A DNA stretch of 59,564 bases, the filler included. It is 7 parts of 7 records of this genome, joined end to end, with 100 filler letters (N's around TTAATTAATTAA, not from the genome) between each part and the next. Parts side by side here need not be neighbours in the genome. Positions count along the whole stretch, not along the records: positions 1 to 10,022 come from SRR31147125_33924; positions 10,123 to 18,325 come from SRR31147125_33948; 5 more parts are not named here. The stretch is one strand, 5' to 3'. The position numbers were made by a program, and so were the translations under genes. The first letter of the stretch is position 1; every line of letters starts with the position of its first letter. The notes below the pieces were generated by a model that worked only from the letters and a program-made list of their open reading frames with translations, searched no databases and was not told where the DNA came from. This document shows positions 1 through 11,370 of this stretch, piece by piece.

Positions 1-118
1 GCCATGGCCGTTATACAAACAATAGGTTATGAAAATAATCAACGCACTACAAATAACCATATAATATCTTTGATTTCAACAAGTTAGCTGTTTGTCTGAA
101 AGATTTGGGTTACAAACG

Positions 119-160
119 AAAGCAGACTGAAGCGGAATGCAGCTTCAGTCTGCTTTTTTT
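119..160 (+). terminator. Rho-independent terminator of an upstream truncated gene
   Basis: AAGCAGACTGAAGC ... GCTTCAGTCTGCTT perfect stem followed by a T-run. Confidence 0.85.
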
Positions 161-704
161 ATTTTCTAATCGGGACGACTTGCGCTGGTATTAAAACTAG
201 AAATTGGGAGAGAAGGCTGATGAAGAAAGTATCTGCCCGGCTCAAAATGGAGAATAAGTGATTGCGATGGGAGGGAGGAATTTCGTTTGTACAGCAAAAA
301 AAGAGTGCTTGGAGCCCAAATATAATCGATTTAAAGGCTCCAGGCTGGGCTCAATGGAGGCAGTTAATTCATTCGAGCCGGATAAACATCCATATTCAAA
401 AGCAGGTGCTCAAGGAAGTCTACGGCTGGATTATGTTTGCGTTCTATGGCACATTGGATGGCATCTGTGCAATATTTTGTGCAGAGTTTGTTTTGTTTAC
501 TGAACTCCCCGAAACAATCTAAGCTGTCTCGAGAATCATTTTGCAAGTCTTCATCCAGAAATAAAAAAGGGGTGTGGTCTAATTTGATCATTAGCATTTC
601 CTAAAATTGTTCGCTCAAGTGAGATGTTGGAGAAACCGGGCATTGGGCGCTGAGCTGAAACATGTCGTAAATTAAGGCAACCATAATTTAACAAATATTT
701 TCTC

Positions 705-1379
705 ATGTTTTCAATGACACTTCAAGACAATTTCAGGATTTCACATTGCCTGCTCTATGATATCATAATTGTACTGTATCTTAGTTTTTTGACGCCGCTG
801 GAGGGCTATACAGATGATTTATTGCATAAAAACAGCGAAATAGCTGCAGTGATTCATAAATCTGAAAATCCCAATCCGGTATATCGGAAAGGATCAAATG
901 TGCATGTCGGTCTGGGATGGGGGTACGGTATTGCATATGATCCATCCGATGCTGAAAATTTTATTGAGCTAAACAGTTTTTTGATGTTCGATTATGCGGA
1001 TGTATGGAAACATGAGGCTCCGGATACATTGAAGTTTAAAGTGAATGTCGGTCTTGGTGTAATCGATGAACGAGAGCATTATCCTCTGGGGACTTTGGGT
1101 ATTGCAGCTTTGCGCTATATAACGTGGGAGGGCTCAACGCATTTTTTCCCATTTATTGAAGCTGGTATCGGCGTGATCTACTCAGAATATAAAGTGGAGG
1201 GTCAAGGAATGCAGTTTAATTTTAATCCGCAGATCGGGTTCGGTGCAGATTTTTTGGGAGCGGAAGGGCGTAGATTTTTTTTCGAGGTAAAGCTTTGGCA
1301 TCTTTCAAATGGAGGGCTCAACTCAGAGAATAGAGGATCAAATGCGATTCTGTTTACATTGGGAACGTATATAAAATGA
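705..1379 (+). CDS. PagL-like lipid A 3-O-deacylase / acyloxyacyl hydrolase (beta-barrel)
   Basis: C-terminal WHLSNGGL..NRGSN (HxSN catalytic motif); PFIEAGIG and FNFNPQIGFG strands; start uncertain. Confidence 0.8.
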   Translation: MFSMTLQDNFRISHCLLYDIIIVLYLSFLTPLEGYTDDLLHKNSEIAAVIHKSENPNPVYRKGSNVHVGLGWGYGIAYDPSDAENFIELNSFLMFDYADVWKHEAPDTLKFKVNVGLGVIDEREHYPLGTLGIAALRYITWEGSTHFFPFIEAGIGVIYSEYKVEGQGMQFNFNPQIGFGADFLGAEGRRFFFEVKLWHLSNGGLNSENRGSNAILFTLGTYIK

Positions 1380-1548
1380 TGTAATCTTGGGGGGCTTTTA
1401 GCTTTGGGCATCTTCTTGACATTGTGTAATGATTGCGTTACAAACGATAATTTTGAATTGAGGAATTGACCGAATAACGGCCATGACAGTCTCGCCTGAC
1501 ACAACCAAGCATGAAAATTCGAGAACCTGTCAATGCAGGGGGGTAATT

Positions 1549-2286
1549 ATGAATAGTGATGTTGAAGCTAAAGGGTCCGCCTTGGTGACCGGTGGGAGTC
1601 GGGGAATCGGAAAAGCATGCGCTCTTAAACTGGCTGCTTCGGGGTTTGATTTGATCCTCACCTATCGGAGCAATGACGCATTGGCTGAAGGGGTCAAACA
1701 GCAAATTGAAGAGATGGGAAGACAATGCGATCTGCTCTGTTTTGACGTTTCCGACACGGAGGCGTCTGATCGGGTGTTGAAGGAATATTTTGGAAAAGGA
1801 GCGCCGGATGTGTTGGTGTTGAATGCCGGAGTGACCCGGGATAACTTGATGTTGTGGATGAAACCGGATGAGTGGAATGATGTGCTGAGGACGAACTTGG
1901 ATGGATTTTACAATGTGATTCGGCCGATACTTTTCAATATGCTGAAAAAACGGAGAGGGAGAGTCGTTGTAATCTCTTCCGTATCCGGAGAGCAGGGCCA
2001 GGCCGGACAAGTGAATTACTCCGCCTCCAAAGCCGGCCTGATCGGAGCGGCCAAAGCATTGGCCCGGGAAGTCGGCAAAAGAGGAATCGTTGTCAATGTG
2101 GTCTCCCCGGGTGTGATCGAGACCGATATGACGGCAACGCTTCCAACAGACGAGCTTCTACCCATGATCCCCATGGGGCGAATCGGAAAGCCGGAAGATG
2201 TGGCATCAGTGGTTGCTTTTCTTGCTTCTGAAGAGAACATGTATATCCATGGTCAGGTGATCAGCGTCAATGGCGGGCTGGCATAA
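1549..2286 (+). CDS. fabG: 3-oxoacyl-ACP reductase
   Basis: TGGSRGIG, NAG, YSASK, VNGG motifs; ATG 1549 follows a GGGG RBS. Confidence 0.92.
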   Translation: MNSDVEAKGSALVTGGSRGIGKACALKLAASGFDLILTYRSNDALAEGVKQQIEEMGRQCDLLCFDVSDTEASDRVLKEYFGKGAPDVLVLNAGVTRDNLMLWMKPDEWNDVLRTNLDGFYNVIRPILFNMLKKRRGRVVVISSVSGEQGQAGQVNYSASKAGLIGAAKALAREVGKRGIVVNVVSPGVIETDMTATLPTDELLPMIPMGRIGKPEDVASVVAFLASEENMYIHGQVISVNGGLA

Positions 2287-2313
2287 TTATTTTGATGATG
2301 AGTTGGTTGTTTG

Positions 2314-3845
2314 ATGATTAAAAAAGAAAAATCAAGCTATTATGACAGTATTGTCGTGGGGAGCGGTGTTAGTGGAATGACCATGGCGCTGCTGCTTGCC
2401 ATGAATGGAAAACGCGTTCTGCTTCTTGAGAAAGCCGGTGCTATTGGTGGCTCTTTGCGACGGTTTTACAGGCAGGGGATTCCCTTGGATACCGGATTTC
2501 ATTTTACCGGCGGGTTTTCCGGAGGAAATATTCTTTCGGAAATGCTCACCATACTCAAGATTCAAAACGAGATTCAGCCCGAATTTGTTAAACAGGGAAA
2601 AGACAATCAATTCATTTTTGAATCCGATGGGCAATCCTATCAGTTCCCTTGGGATGCTCAGCGCTCAAAGATGCGCTTATTTCCGAGTTTCCGGAAGAAA
2701 AAAAGGGCATCTCCGGTTATTTTTCCCGTATCGTCAATTTGATCGACGAAACAGGCGTCATGGAGATCGGAAGTATTCTGGATGATCGGCCGGTCCAAAC
2801 CAAGGATGACTTTGTGACTTTGGCGGATGTCCTTGACTCTCTTACCGACAATACACGTCTCAAGTCTTTACTCTCCACCCTCTCCATGTGTTACGGGTCG
2901 GAAGCGTCTGCGGTGTCATTTGCCGATCACAGTCGGGTGGTGTATGGCCTTTATCAATCCATTGCCCGGGTCAAAGATGGCGGGGATGCATTTATCCGGG
3001 CATTTGAAAAACAGTTTCATCAATACGGCGTTACCGTAAAAACCAATGCATATATTCAATCCATGGAAACCATCACCAATCGCTCCATTGGTGAATTTGT
3101 GCTCAATGACGGATCGAGAATCGGGGCGGAACACTGTATTTTTTCCATTCATCCGAAATACATTTTGGAGACCCTGCCTGCGCCGCACTTGACCAATGCC
3201 TTTAAAAAGAGAGTCGCGGCTTTTGAACGCTCCATCGGGTTCTTTTCGCTTTTTTTAAAAATTACCGATGATCAGCTGGATCCGTTTTCACCGGCTCTGA
3301 TTACATTGTTACCCGATGATGATATCGGCAAGATGTTCGACACTTCAAGAGAAGGGGATTTCCCTTTGCTGTTGATCAAAAGTCATGAAGAGGTCAAGGG
3401 GGAAAAAGTAAATCTGATCACGGCATTTGAAATGTCCCATTATGAGCATGTGAAAGCGTGGGCCGACTCTTCCACCGGCAACAGGCCGGCAGCCTATGAT
3501 GCATATAAGAAGGAAAAGATCAAGCGCATCAAAACGAGAGTTCTCAAGATGTTTCCGGAGTACGGCGATCATTTGTCTCTTCTGGATGCCTCTTCCATGT
3601 TGACATACAGGGATTATCTCAACACCCCGTTTGGATGTGCATACGGGATCAAACAAAAGGTCGGTCAGTTCAATCTTTTCGGCAGACTCCCTTTTCGAAA
3701 CGTATACAGTATTGGACAGAATGCACTTTTACCCGGCATTGTCGGTGCCATGATGTCCTCTTTTATTTTGTGTCGGATGCTTTTGGATCGACACTCATAT
3801 ACCGACTTTTTGACTCAAGCATTGAATACGTCAACCCAACCATGA
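2314..3845 (+). CDS. Phytoene desaturase / retinol saturase-like FAD oxidoreductase (single gene split by a -1 frameshift at ~2646)
   Basis: GSGVSG FAD-binding motif and DTGFH in ORF 2311-2742; C-terminal G.AYG and GQNALLPGIVGA in ORF 2649-3845; adding one C to the CCC at 2646-2648 fuses them. Confidence 0.8.
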
Positions 3846-3870
3846 ACAGTGATTGCGGAATAAAAATAAA

Positions 3871-5127
3871 ATGGTAGGAAAAGAATCAAAAGGAAATCGA
3901 GTGGTCATTACCGGCACCGGTGCCATTACAGGGTTGGGTACGGGGATTGATGCGCTGATAACCGGTATCGAGCAAGAAAAATGTGCCACAAAACGGATGG
4001 AAGGCTGGGAAAAGTATATCGGATTGAGAAGCCTGTTGGGGGTTCCCGTGGAGGTGCCCGATTACAGACGTATTCCCCGAAAGGTGAGACGCTCCATGGG
4101 ACGGCTTGCTCTTTTGACCGTTTTTGCGGCAGAGGAAGCAGTGGCTTCTGCCGGGTTGGCGCCGGCCGATCTTTTTAACGGTACCCGATATGGATGCGTT
4201 GTCGGTTCAACCATGGGAGGTGCGGAAGCATTGAATGATACCTTTGAGACAATGCTGCCGGATCATGATCTTTCCAAACTCTCAGCCATGAAGTTTTTTC
4301 AGACGGTTTCCCATACCGCTGCCATGAATCTTGCTCAGTACTTGGGATTAAAGGGAATGGTCATGGCGACATCGGCGGCATGCGCGTCATCCTTACAGGC
4401 ATTGGGGACAGGATATGATCTCATCCGGAACAATCGTCAATCCCTCATGCTTTGCGGCGGAGCAGAAGAGCTCCACCCAACGGTGACGGGATCGTTTGAT
4501 ATATTGTTTGCCTCATCGTCACATTTCAATGATTGTCCTGAAAGATCCCCGCGTCCGTTTGATAAAGAGAGGGACGGCATTGTGTGCGGCGAAGGGGCCG
4601 GAATCATTGTTCTGGAGAGTTATGAACATGCCGTGGCACGGGGCGCCGACATTATTGCTGAGATTAAGGGGTACCACACATGCAGCAGCGGATCCCACGT
4701 CAGTCAGGCCGATCGTGAGTCCATGGAACATTGTATGAAAGCGGCCCTGTTGGAAGCCGGCATTTCCCCCTCCGAAGTAGACCTGATTAACGCCCATGCC
4801 ACCGCCACGTTGCATGGAGATGCAGAAGAGGTGGCAGCCATTGCTTCCGTGTTTGGTGATACCACCCCTGTTCAGAGCTTGAAAGGATATATCGGTCATA
4901 CACTGGGCGCTTCCGGCGCCATTGAGCTTGCCGCCGTATTGGAGATGGTGAAAAAAGGGGTCGTCTACCCGACATTAAATCTTGAAACCATAGATGCACC
5001 ATGCAGCGGTGTCCTGCATGTCAAAGAGAAAATAGAGCGATCGATCCATACGATCCTGAAAAACTGTTTTGCTTTTGGCGGAATCAATGCATCGCTGGTA
5101 TGTACGAAGTTTGAACCGGAGAGTTGA
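3871..5127 (+). CDS. Beta-ketoacyl-ACP synthase (FabF/FabB type)
   Basis: SAACASS active Cys, NAHATAT, GHTLGA, FAFGG. Confidence 0.93.
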   Translation: MVGKESKGNRVVITGTGAITGLGTGIDALITGIEQEKCATKRMEGWEKYIGLRSLLGVPVEVPDYRRIPRKVRRSMGRLALLTVFAAEEAVASAGLAPADLFNGTRYGCVVGSTMGGAEALNDTFETMLPDHDLSKLSAMKFFQTVSHTAAMNLAQYLGLKGMVMATSAACASSLQALGTGYDLIRNNRQSLMLCGGAEELHPTVTGSFDILFASSSHFNDCPERSPRPFDKERDGIVCGEGAGIIVLESYEHAVARGADIIAEIKGYHTCSSGSHVSQADRESMEHCMKAALLEAGISPSEVDLINAHATATLHGDAEEVAAIASVFGDTTPVQSLKGYIGHTLGASGAIELAAVLEMVKKGVVYPTLNLETIDAPCSGVLHVKEKIERSIHTILKNCFAFGGINASLVCTKFEPES

Positions 5128-5130
5128 ACG

Positions 5131-5403
5131 ATGACAGAAGAGTTGCGTATGGATGAGAAGATTGTTGAATTGGTAAATGAGGTGTTCATTGAGGCGTTTG
5201 AGATTGAAGAGGAAGCGCTTCTGCCGGAAGCGGAGATTTTTGCCGACCTTGGGTTGGATAGTCTCGATGTGGTTGATTTGATCGTTGCGCTTCAAGAAAA
5301 GTTCAATGTGACGTTGAGGGATGACGAGCGCATCAAAGACATCCTGACCCTTGAAGATCTCTATGACTTTATCAAACAAATTCAATCTGAAATCGAGGAT
5401 TGA
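5131..5403 (+). CDS. Acyl carrier protein
   Basis: LGLDSLD phosphopantetheine site; acidic ~85 aa. Confidence 0.95.
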   Translation: MTEELRMDEKIVELVNEVFIEAFEIEEEALLPEAEIFADLGLDSLDVVDLIVALQEKFNVTLRDDERIKDILTLEDLYDFIKQIQSEIED

Positions 5404-5413
5404 TTTGGCACCG

Positions 5414-6244
5414 ATGGTTGTTTTCAACAACATTCTATTTTATTTGTCGTCTGTTCTATTTACGGTGATTGCCTTCTGTGCCGGTTTGGTTGCATTGATG
5501 GTCATCCGCTGTTTCAAATCGAGAGACGCGGTGGTACGCATTTTAAGAGCGCTGATTGTATTTTACGGAAAATGTATTGTCTTCGGGCTGGGCAAAATGG
5601 TTGCGAAAGTCCGGTTCATCGACGTGTCCGACAAGCGTAGAGCGGAAAATCCCTGTGTCTATATCGTCAATCACCGCGCGGCATCGGATGCGTTTTTGAT
5701 GGCGGTGCTGCCGGGTGAGTTCGTACAAGTGGTGAACAAGTGGCCGTTTAAACTTCCCATTTTAGGTCTTTGTGCCGGGCTTGCCGGTTATATCTCCATT
5801 CGTGAGATGCCGTTTGAAACGTTTATGTTATTATTTAAACAACTTGTGAAAGATCAGGTGTCGGTGGTCTGCTTTCCCGAAGGGACGCGATCGGGGTCCT
5901 CCCGAATGCTTCATTTCCATGGCGCGTTGTTTCGGGCGGCTAAAGAGGAAAAAGTGAGTATTGTTCCGGTCTGCATCATCGGAAATGAAGATAAACCCCG
6001 CCGCGGTTCGTTGCTGATCAAACCGGGAACCGTTGACGTCTATATGTTGCCGGCGGTCTCATATTCCGAATATGGGCATTTTAGTGCCTTTGCCTTGAAG
6101 AACTATATTCGCCGGAAGATGCAGGATTTTATTGATGCCCATGAGGATTCTTCACCCACCGAAACCGCATCAACCGCATCAAACAGCTTATACTCCCAAG
6201 GGATGTCATCTGCGTCAAATGCCTTGAAAGAGTCAAGTTCTTAA
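5414..6244 (+). CDS. PlsC-like lysophospholipid acyltransferase
   Basis: NHRAASD (HxxxxD) and FPEGTRS motifs; N-terminal TM helix. Confidence 0.9.
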   Translation: MVVFNNILFYLSSVLFTVIAFCAGLVALMVIRCFKSRDAVVRILRALIVFYGKCIVFGLGKMVAKVRFIDVSDKRRAENPCVYIVNHRAASDAFLMAVLPGEFVQVVNKWPFKLPILGLCAGLAGYISIREMPFETFMLLFKQLVKDQVSVVCFPEGTRSGSSRMLHFHGALFRAAKEEKVSIVPVCIIGNEDKPRRGSLLIKPGTVDVYMLPAVSYSEYGHFSAFALKNYIRRKMQDFIDAHEDSSPTETASTASNSLYSQGMSSASNALKESSS

Positions 6245-6271
6245 CGCATCAAGCCTTGAAAAGATAATTTC

Positions 6272-7773
6272 ATGAGCGATATATCCGGTAGTAACGGCCA
6301 TGTCCGGCCACCTGATACAACAAAACATAACCGTCCGAGAACCGGCAACGGCAGTAAGTATTTTATAAACGAACATGATGGGGGCCTGTCACAACGACGG
6401 CTGAAAGCTCCTGACAGAAACGATGTTGAGGTCATTCAAATAAACGCTTCGAAGCGCTCCACGCAATCCGTTCAGATAGGTCAACCCGATCCAGGCATGG
6501 CAGTTGTATTGCCGGCAGGGGCGTGTCATGATGCCGTTATCAATGCCGTGGCGCAGGCCTGTCGACTGGGAATGAAACGGATCATTTTTATGGGGGAGAC
6601 GCCCCTGCGGCACCCACAACTTTTCGAATTGATTGACCTTGTCAAAGGTCATGGGGCGGAGATCGAAATCTGCTCCGACGCTACCGGATTAACGGAACAT
6701 ATGGCCACACATCTTTTCAATCAAGGCGTTCATATCGTTCTCCGGTATTTCCTCAATACCGACCCTGTTTTCAAGTCAGCCGTTGAGGTACTGAAATCTG
6801 CCGGTTACCCGTCACAAAATAGAGTGTTGATGATAGAGGCACCCCTCTCAAAACCAACACTTCCAGTTCTTCCTGAACTTTGGCAGTGGGCAAGAGAGAG
6901 GGACATCGAACCGTTTTTCAAACTCCCCTTTCCAAACGTCGATCTGAGTCCGAATGAGGTCAAAACACTGTTCCATGATCTTGCAGGGATGGATTGGGAA
7001 AAGTACAATGTGCGCTGGGAACCCCTTCCACCATATCCGGGGCCACTATCATCCCCTTGCAGACATCTGCTGGAGTGCCTGGTTTTAACGGAAAAAGGAG
7101 AGGTGCTCCCCCGCATCGATCTTCCCATCTCCCTTGGAAATATCGAAAAAACCGCTTTGAAATCGATCATTGAAAACAGCGAAGTATTGGACAATCTAAC
7201 GAATTTTCGGAAAATGATCAAAGGCCCATGCCGTCAATGTGACAGCGCCGATCACTGCTGCGGCAGCCGTAGTATCGCCTATGAGCGGACCGGCGATTAT
7301 ATGGCATCGGATCCCTATTGCTGGAAAAATGTCGGAAAAGAAGATGAAATCACGACACTGCCCATGCCGGTGGCAAAACTGATTCCCCAGCAGCCCCCCA
7401 TGCAGGTGGTCACACGCTTACTTCTGGTTCAGGAGCGTTACGGGGAAATTGAGGCCGTCATCGCTCCGGACAGTCCATTTGCCAAAGAAGACGGAACACT
7501 TGACGCGGTTGCTTTTTTTGAAATGATGGCCCAGGCAGCCGCCGTCATGAATGCCTTCGAAGCCTATGATACCGGACGGCCTCCCCATAAAGGCGCACTG
7601 CTGGGCGGAAAAAATATTCAAATTACCGGCACGGCCCGGGCCGGTGTTCCTTTGAAAATTCAAATCACAAAAAAGGCGAAACTGGGTAACTTCGGGGTGA
7701 TGGGGGGAGTATTTTGTCGGGAAATGAAGTGGTCGCCCAAGGGGATTTCAAGGTATTCAAGGAGGATCGGTAA
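6272..7773 (+). CDS. Degenerate radical-SAM/SPASM domain fused to a hotdog (3-hydroxyacyl-ACP dehydratase, ApeP/FabZ-like) domain
   Basis: SPASM-like CRQC....HCCGSR..AY..TGD....DPYCW; hotdog LIPQQPPM...EMMAQAAA. True end is probably TAA 7771-7773 after a -1 slip in the G-run 7702-7707 (gives GSILSGNEVVAQGDFKVFKEDR*), overlapping the next ATG. Confidence 0.72.
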
Positions 7774-8542
7774 TGGGGCGAATTAATTGGCATAGACCAT
7801 CCATCATGCGTCATTTGAAGAAGTGGAGGTCTCCTTCTTGGGTGATGGTGGCGGTGATCTTTTTTCTGTTTGATATCTTTCAAGTGATTTTGTTATCGCA
7901 TGGCATCTGCCTAGGGTCGGAAGTGGCTGACATTCAGCGTGTATCTGATCAATCCTCCCCTTCAGCCGTCATTCGGGATATCGAAGTCAAGATGGGATCG
8001 GTTCAAACGTTGACGGCCGACTTTATCCAAATCAAAAAGATGGCCCTGTTCGATATGCCCCTCGAAATAAGGGGAACCATTCATGTGGAAAAAAAAGATA
8101 CGGGCAATGGGATGCCAAATGAAAAGTTTGCCTGGAAGGTGAAATCGCCGCTGGCATATTCCCTGATCATGGAGGGAAACCAGATGGTGAAGTGGGATAA
8201 GGAAACAGGACAAACAACCAGAATTTCCTTGGATGACAATCTTGTGGCTGATACGGCCGTTCGACAGATCAAGCTGTGGTTTTCCGGAAAATATTCCGCT
8301 TTTATCAAGGATTACGATATTACCGTCACCTCGGAAGATCCCGTCTCTTTACAGTTTTCGCCAAAGCCGAATCATCCGGCCTCCGGAATGATAAAAAAGG
8401 TCACTGTGCGTTTTAGAGAAGATCAGCGCTACATCTCCCGGATCGGAATTACGGAGGTCGGGGGGACGACACCCGAATTCAATTTGAGAATATTCACATC
8501 AACGCCCCCATTCTTCCTTCGGTTTGGATTCCCGGTCAATGA
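7773..8542 (+). CDS. LolA-like outer-membrane lipoprotein carrier
   Basis: TLTADFIQIKK..LF...GTI..W...SP. Adding a G to the run 8460-8465 gives GDDTRIQFENIHIN...*, ending at TGA 8542 in an ATGA overlap with the next gene. Confidence 0.78.
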
Positions 8543-10022
8543 TCTCCGCCTGGTTCGATCGTCTATACGCGTTTGTCGGCAATCATCGAAACGCGCTTCT
8601 TTTCATCATTGTTCTGCTTTTGGTGATCTCGTCGCTTCGTATGGTCACCATCCCTTTTACCAACGACATCACGTCAATGCTCCCTGACAATCCCGTGGTT
8701 CGGCGGCAGTTGGACTTTTTGAGCTCAAACGATATGGCCGGAACCGTGGCCCTCTCCGTCAGTCTGAAAAACAGGACCACGGAGACCACTCTCAAGACCG
8801 CAGGCGGCACTCTATTGACCCGATCGGCTGAATTGGGAACGGCGCTTACGGCCTTGCCCCAGGTGAGCAACATCGTTACCGGTATTGAAGATCTGGATAT
8901 AAAAAAGGCCAGAAACCAGCTCATATCCGCACTGCCTCAACTGCTTTCAAAGGCGCAATACGCGCTTTCCGCTTCCGAAAACAGCCCGGAGTGGATAGAG
9001 AAACGATTGCGACAACTCTACATCATGTTGACCACACCGGGGAGTGGATTTTTACAGTCCACCATGAGGACGGATCCATTGGGATGGTCCGATCCGATAA
9101 TGGAAGCGGTCAATCGCATGGCCGGAACCATGGGCTATCGCGTCAAATTGAATCAGGGACGCTTTGTCGATGCAACAGGAAAAGCGGCGCTGATGGTGAT
9201 GCAGACCTCGGTTTCCGTTACCGACGGAAAAAGCGGGCGAAAGCTCCTTGACGCCATCGATTCGGCGGCTCAATCCTTTCCGGATCTGCAAATGATCGTC
9301 GTTTGCGGACATCAGCATACCGTGAGTAACGAGACCGTCATCAAAGAGGATGTCCGGATGGCCCTGACTTTGGTGACGGTGGCTTTCGGAATACTCATGT
9401 TTTGGGTGTTTAGAAGTGCGGATGCCGTACTCATTTTCATGGCCCCTTTTGGCGCCATCGTTGTTTCCATTGCCTTGGCGTCGTTGCTTTATAAAGAGCT
9501 CTCCCTATTCATGATGGGATTTGCCGCGGTGATCGCAGGCATCTCAGTGGATTACGGAATTCACGCCTATACCGCCTTTCAAAGTGGGGGGTATGACAAG
9601 TTTAAGGAAACAGCCCGGTTGATTGTGATCGCCGCCCTCACAACCGGAGGTGTTTTTCTCTCATTTTACGGCTCTTCGGTCAAAGGGTACCATGAGCTGG
9701 CTGCGTTTTCCATATTAAGCATTTTGATCTGCGTGCTGATCTATTTATTTGTCGTTCCCCGGTTTTGGCGGATGCAAAAAGATGACCCTTTGGGACCAAA
9801 AGCTCCCCAAGCATTCCATGAATCTAAACCATCCCATAGGTTTAAACCACTCAAAACTCATAAACGGCTCCGCCCCCCGTTCCTTGTTAACCCAGCCCAT
9901 GAATTTAAAGAGAATCGAGAATTCTTCTTTGACGTTTCATGTCTCAAAACTGCGACGGCAGCCACTTCCAACCCGATGGTTGGCCGCTTGATTATCGGGG
10001 TATGGCTTCTCATCATTTTTTT
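8539..10022 (+). CDS. MMPL/RND-family exporter (3' truncated)
   Basis: N-terminal TM plus DITSMLP, periplasmic loop with DPLG, TM bundle with GISVDYGIH. Confidence 0.85.
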
Positions 10023-10122
10023 NNNNNNNNNNNNNNNNNNNNNNNNNNNNNNNNNNNNNNNNNNNNTTAATTAATTAANNNNNNNNNNNNNNNNNNNNNN
10101 NNNNNNNNNNNNNNNNNNNNNN
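10023..10122. other. Artificial contig linker
   Basis: N-run/TTAATTAATTAA/N-run; GC content drops sharply across it. Confidence 0.98.
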
Positions 10123-11183
10123 AAAATACCATGCAATTGTACTTTATTATATCTCTTGAAGGGAGTAATTTTAATATTTTGTCTTCGTCGATTTTTTTGA
10201 TTCTTCCATATATAACTACGCAATCTAGACAATAGTGATGGATTGCCTTCGCCACGTAGCCATTCTTGAACAACCTTTCCGAAAGATAGTGCATTAGAAT
10301 AATCCATTGATTCGCAAAATTGCTGCACTAGATTGCTAATCTTATCACTTGGAATATCACCTGATATATCTATCTCCGGATATTTTTTATATAACCATGA
10401 TAGAAATTCAAGAGATTGAGCAAGATTTTCTGGAAAATCTATTTGCAGAGATAAAAATTTACATAGTTTATGATCTGAAGCAATTATCTCATCATAGTAG
10501 CCATCTCGAATTAGTTGATTGAGAGAAGCTATAAGCCGATTTGCAGCTTGTTCTAATCCTTCTCTGTCAATATTTAAAGGTTCTGTATATTCTTCTTTAT
10601 CTTTTTCAATGAATAAACGATCAACGCCTTCGATTCGTTTTCTCTCAAAATCCGCTATTAGTGAACGAGGCTTTTCCTGAACAAACCTTATAAACTCTTC
10701 AAATAGATGCCCACCTATTCTATCTATTACCTTTCGAAATATATATTCAAATTCTTTTTTCCGTTCTTCTAATAGATTCTCTTTTTTAAAACGATAAAAA
10801 TACAGATCATTCAACTTTTTTAAACGAAATGACAATTCTTTTCGATTTGCATACTCAACAAAATCAGTCAATAATGGATGTAAAGGAGGTAATGTTTTAA
10901 AATTACTTTTTGCTCTTATATATTCAAAACAAGCGCCACACCCTATATAATGCTTCATCTGCTCTTCTAAAGTTTGCTCACTTATCATTGGGCATACTTG
11001 AAAAATTTGCATAAGCAATTCAATATCAATATGATCAAAAATTAAACTAGGCTTATTTGTTTTTAAAAATTCAATTGCATATTGAAGGAAACGATCAAAA
11101 CTGAAATCCTCTTTAAGTCGGATATTATGCCTTTGAAGCCATTCAATGAATTCTAATACTTGATAGGATGAGACTGGAATCAT
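10123..11183 (-). CDS. Hypothetical cassette protein (truncated at contig end)
   Basis: Long ORF; ATG 11183 preceded by GAGGA. The track's longer start at 11297 lies inside the attC-like site. Confidence 0.75.
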
Positions 11184-11238
11184 TGGTTTATCCTCACGAT
11201 TTCTATTGTTAAATTTATACGAGCGGTTGTTATAGGTG

Positions 11239-11364
11239 GCCTCACCACTTGCTAACCAGCCTGAGGGTAAGAGCAATGTAGTTAAAAAATAAAACATATT
11301 AACTGCTGCAAAGAACTATGCCAATAAGCACATTCCTCGAGTCTGGTACAGCAAAATGTTATAC
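11239..11364 (-). mobile_element. attC-like integron recombination site (126 bp) closing the Gabija cassette
   Basis: Minus strand GTATAAC-ATTTTGCTGTACCAG...CTGGTTAGCAAGTG-GTGAGGC, just after the gajB stop; the R' core is imperfect. Confidence 0.72.
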
Positions 11365-11370
11365 CCTTCT

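Noticed and set aside
258-597. Three short overlapping ORFs upstream of the PagL-like gene
   Set aside because: No recognisable motifs; cannot choose a real frame
11184-11297. N-terminal extension of the cassette ORF in the track
   Set aside because: It runs through the attC-like site; ATG 11183 has a good RBS
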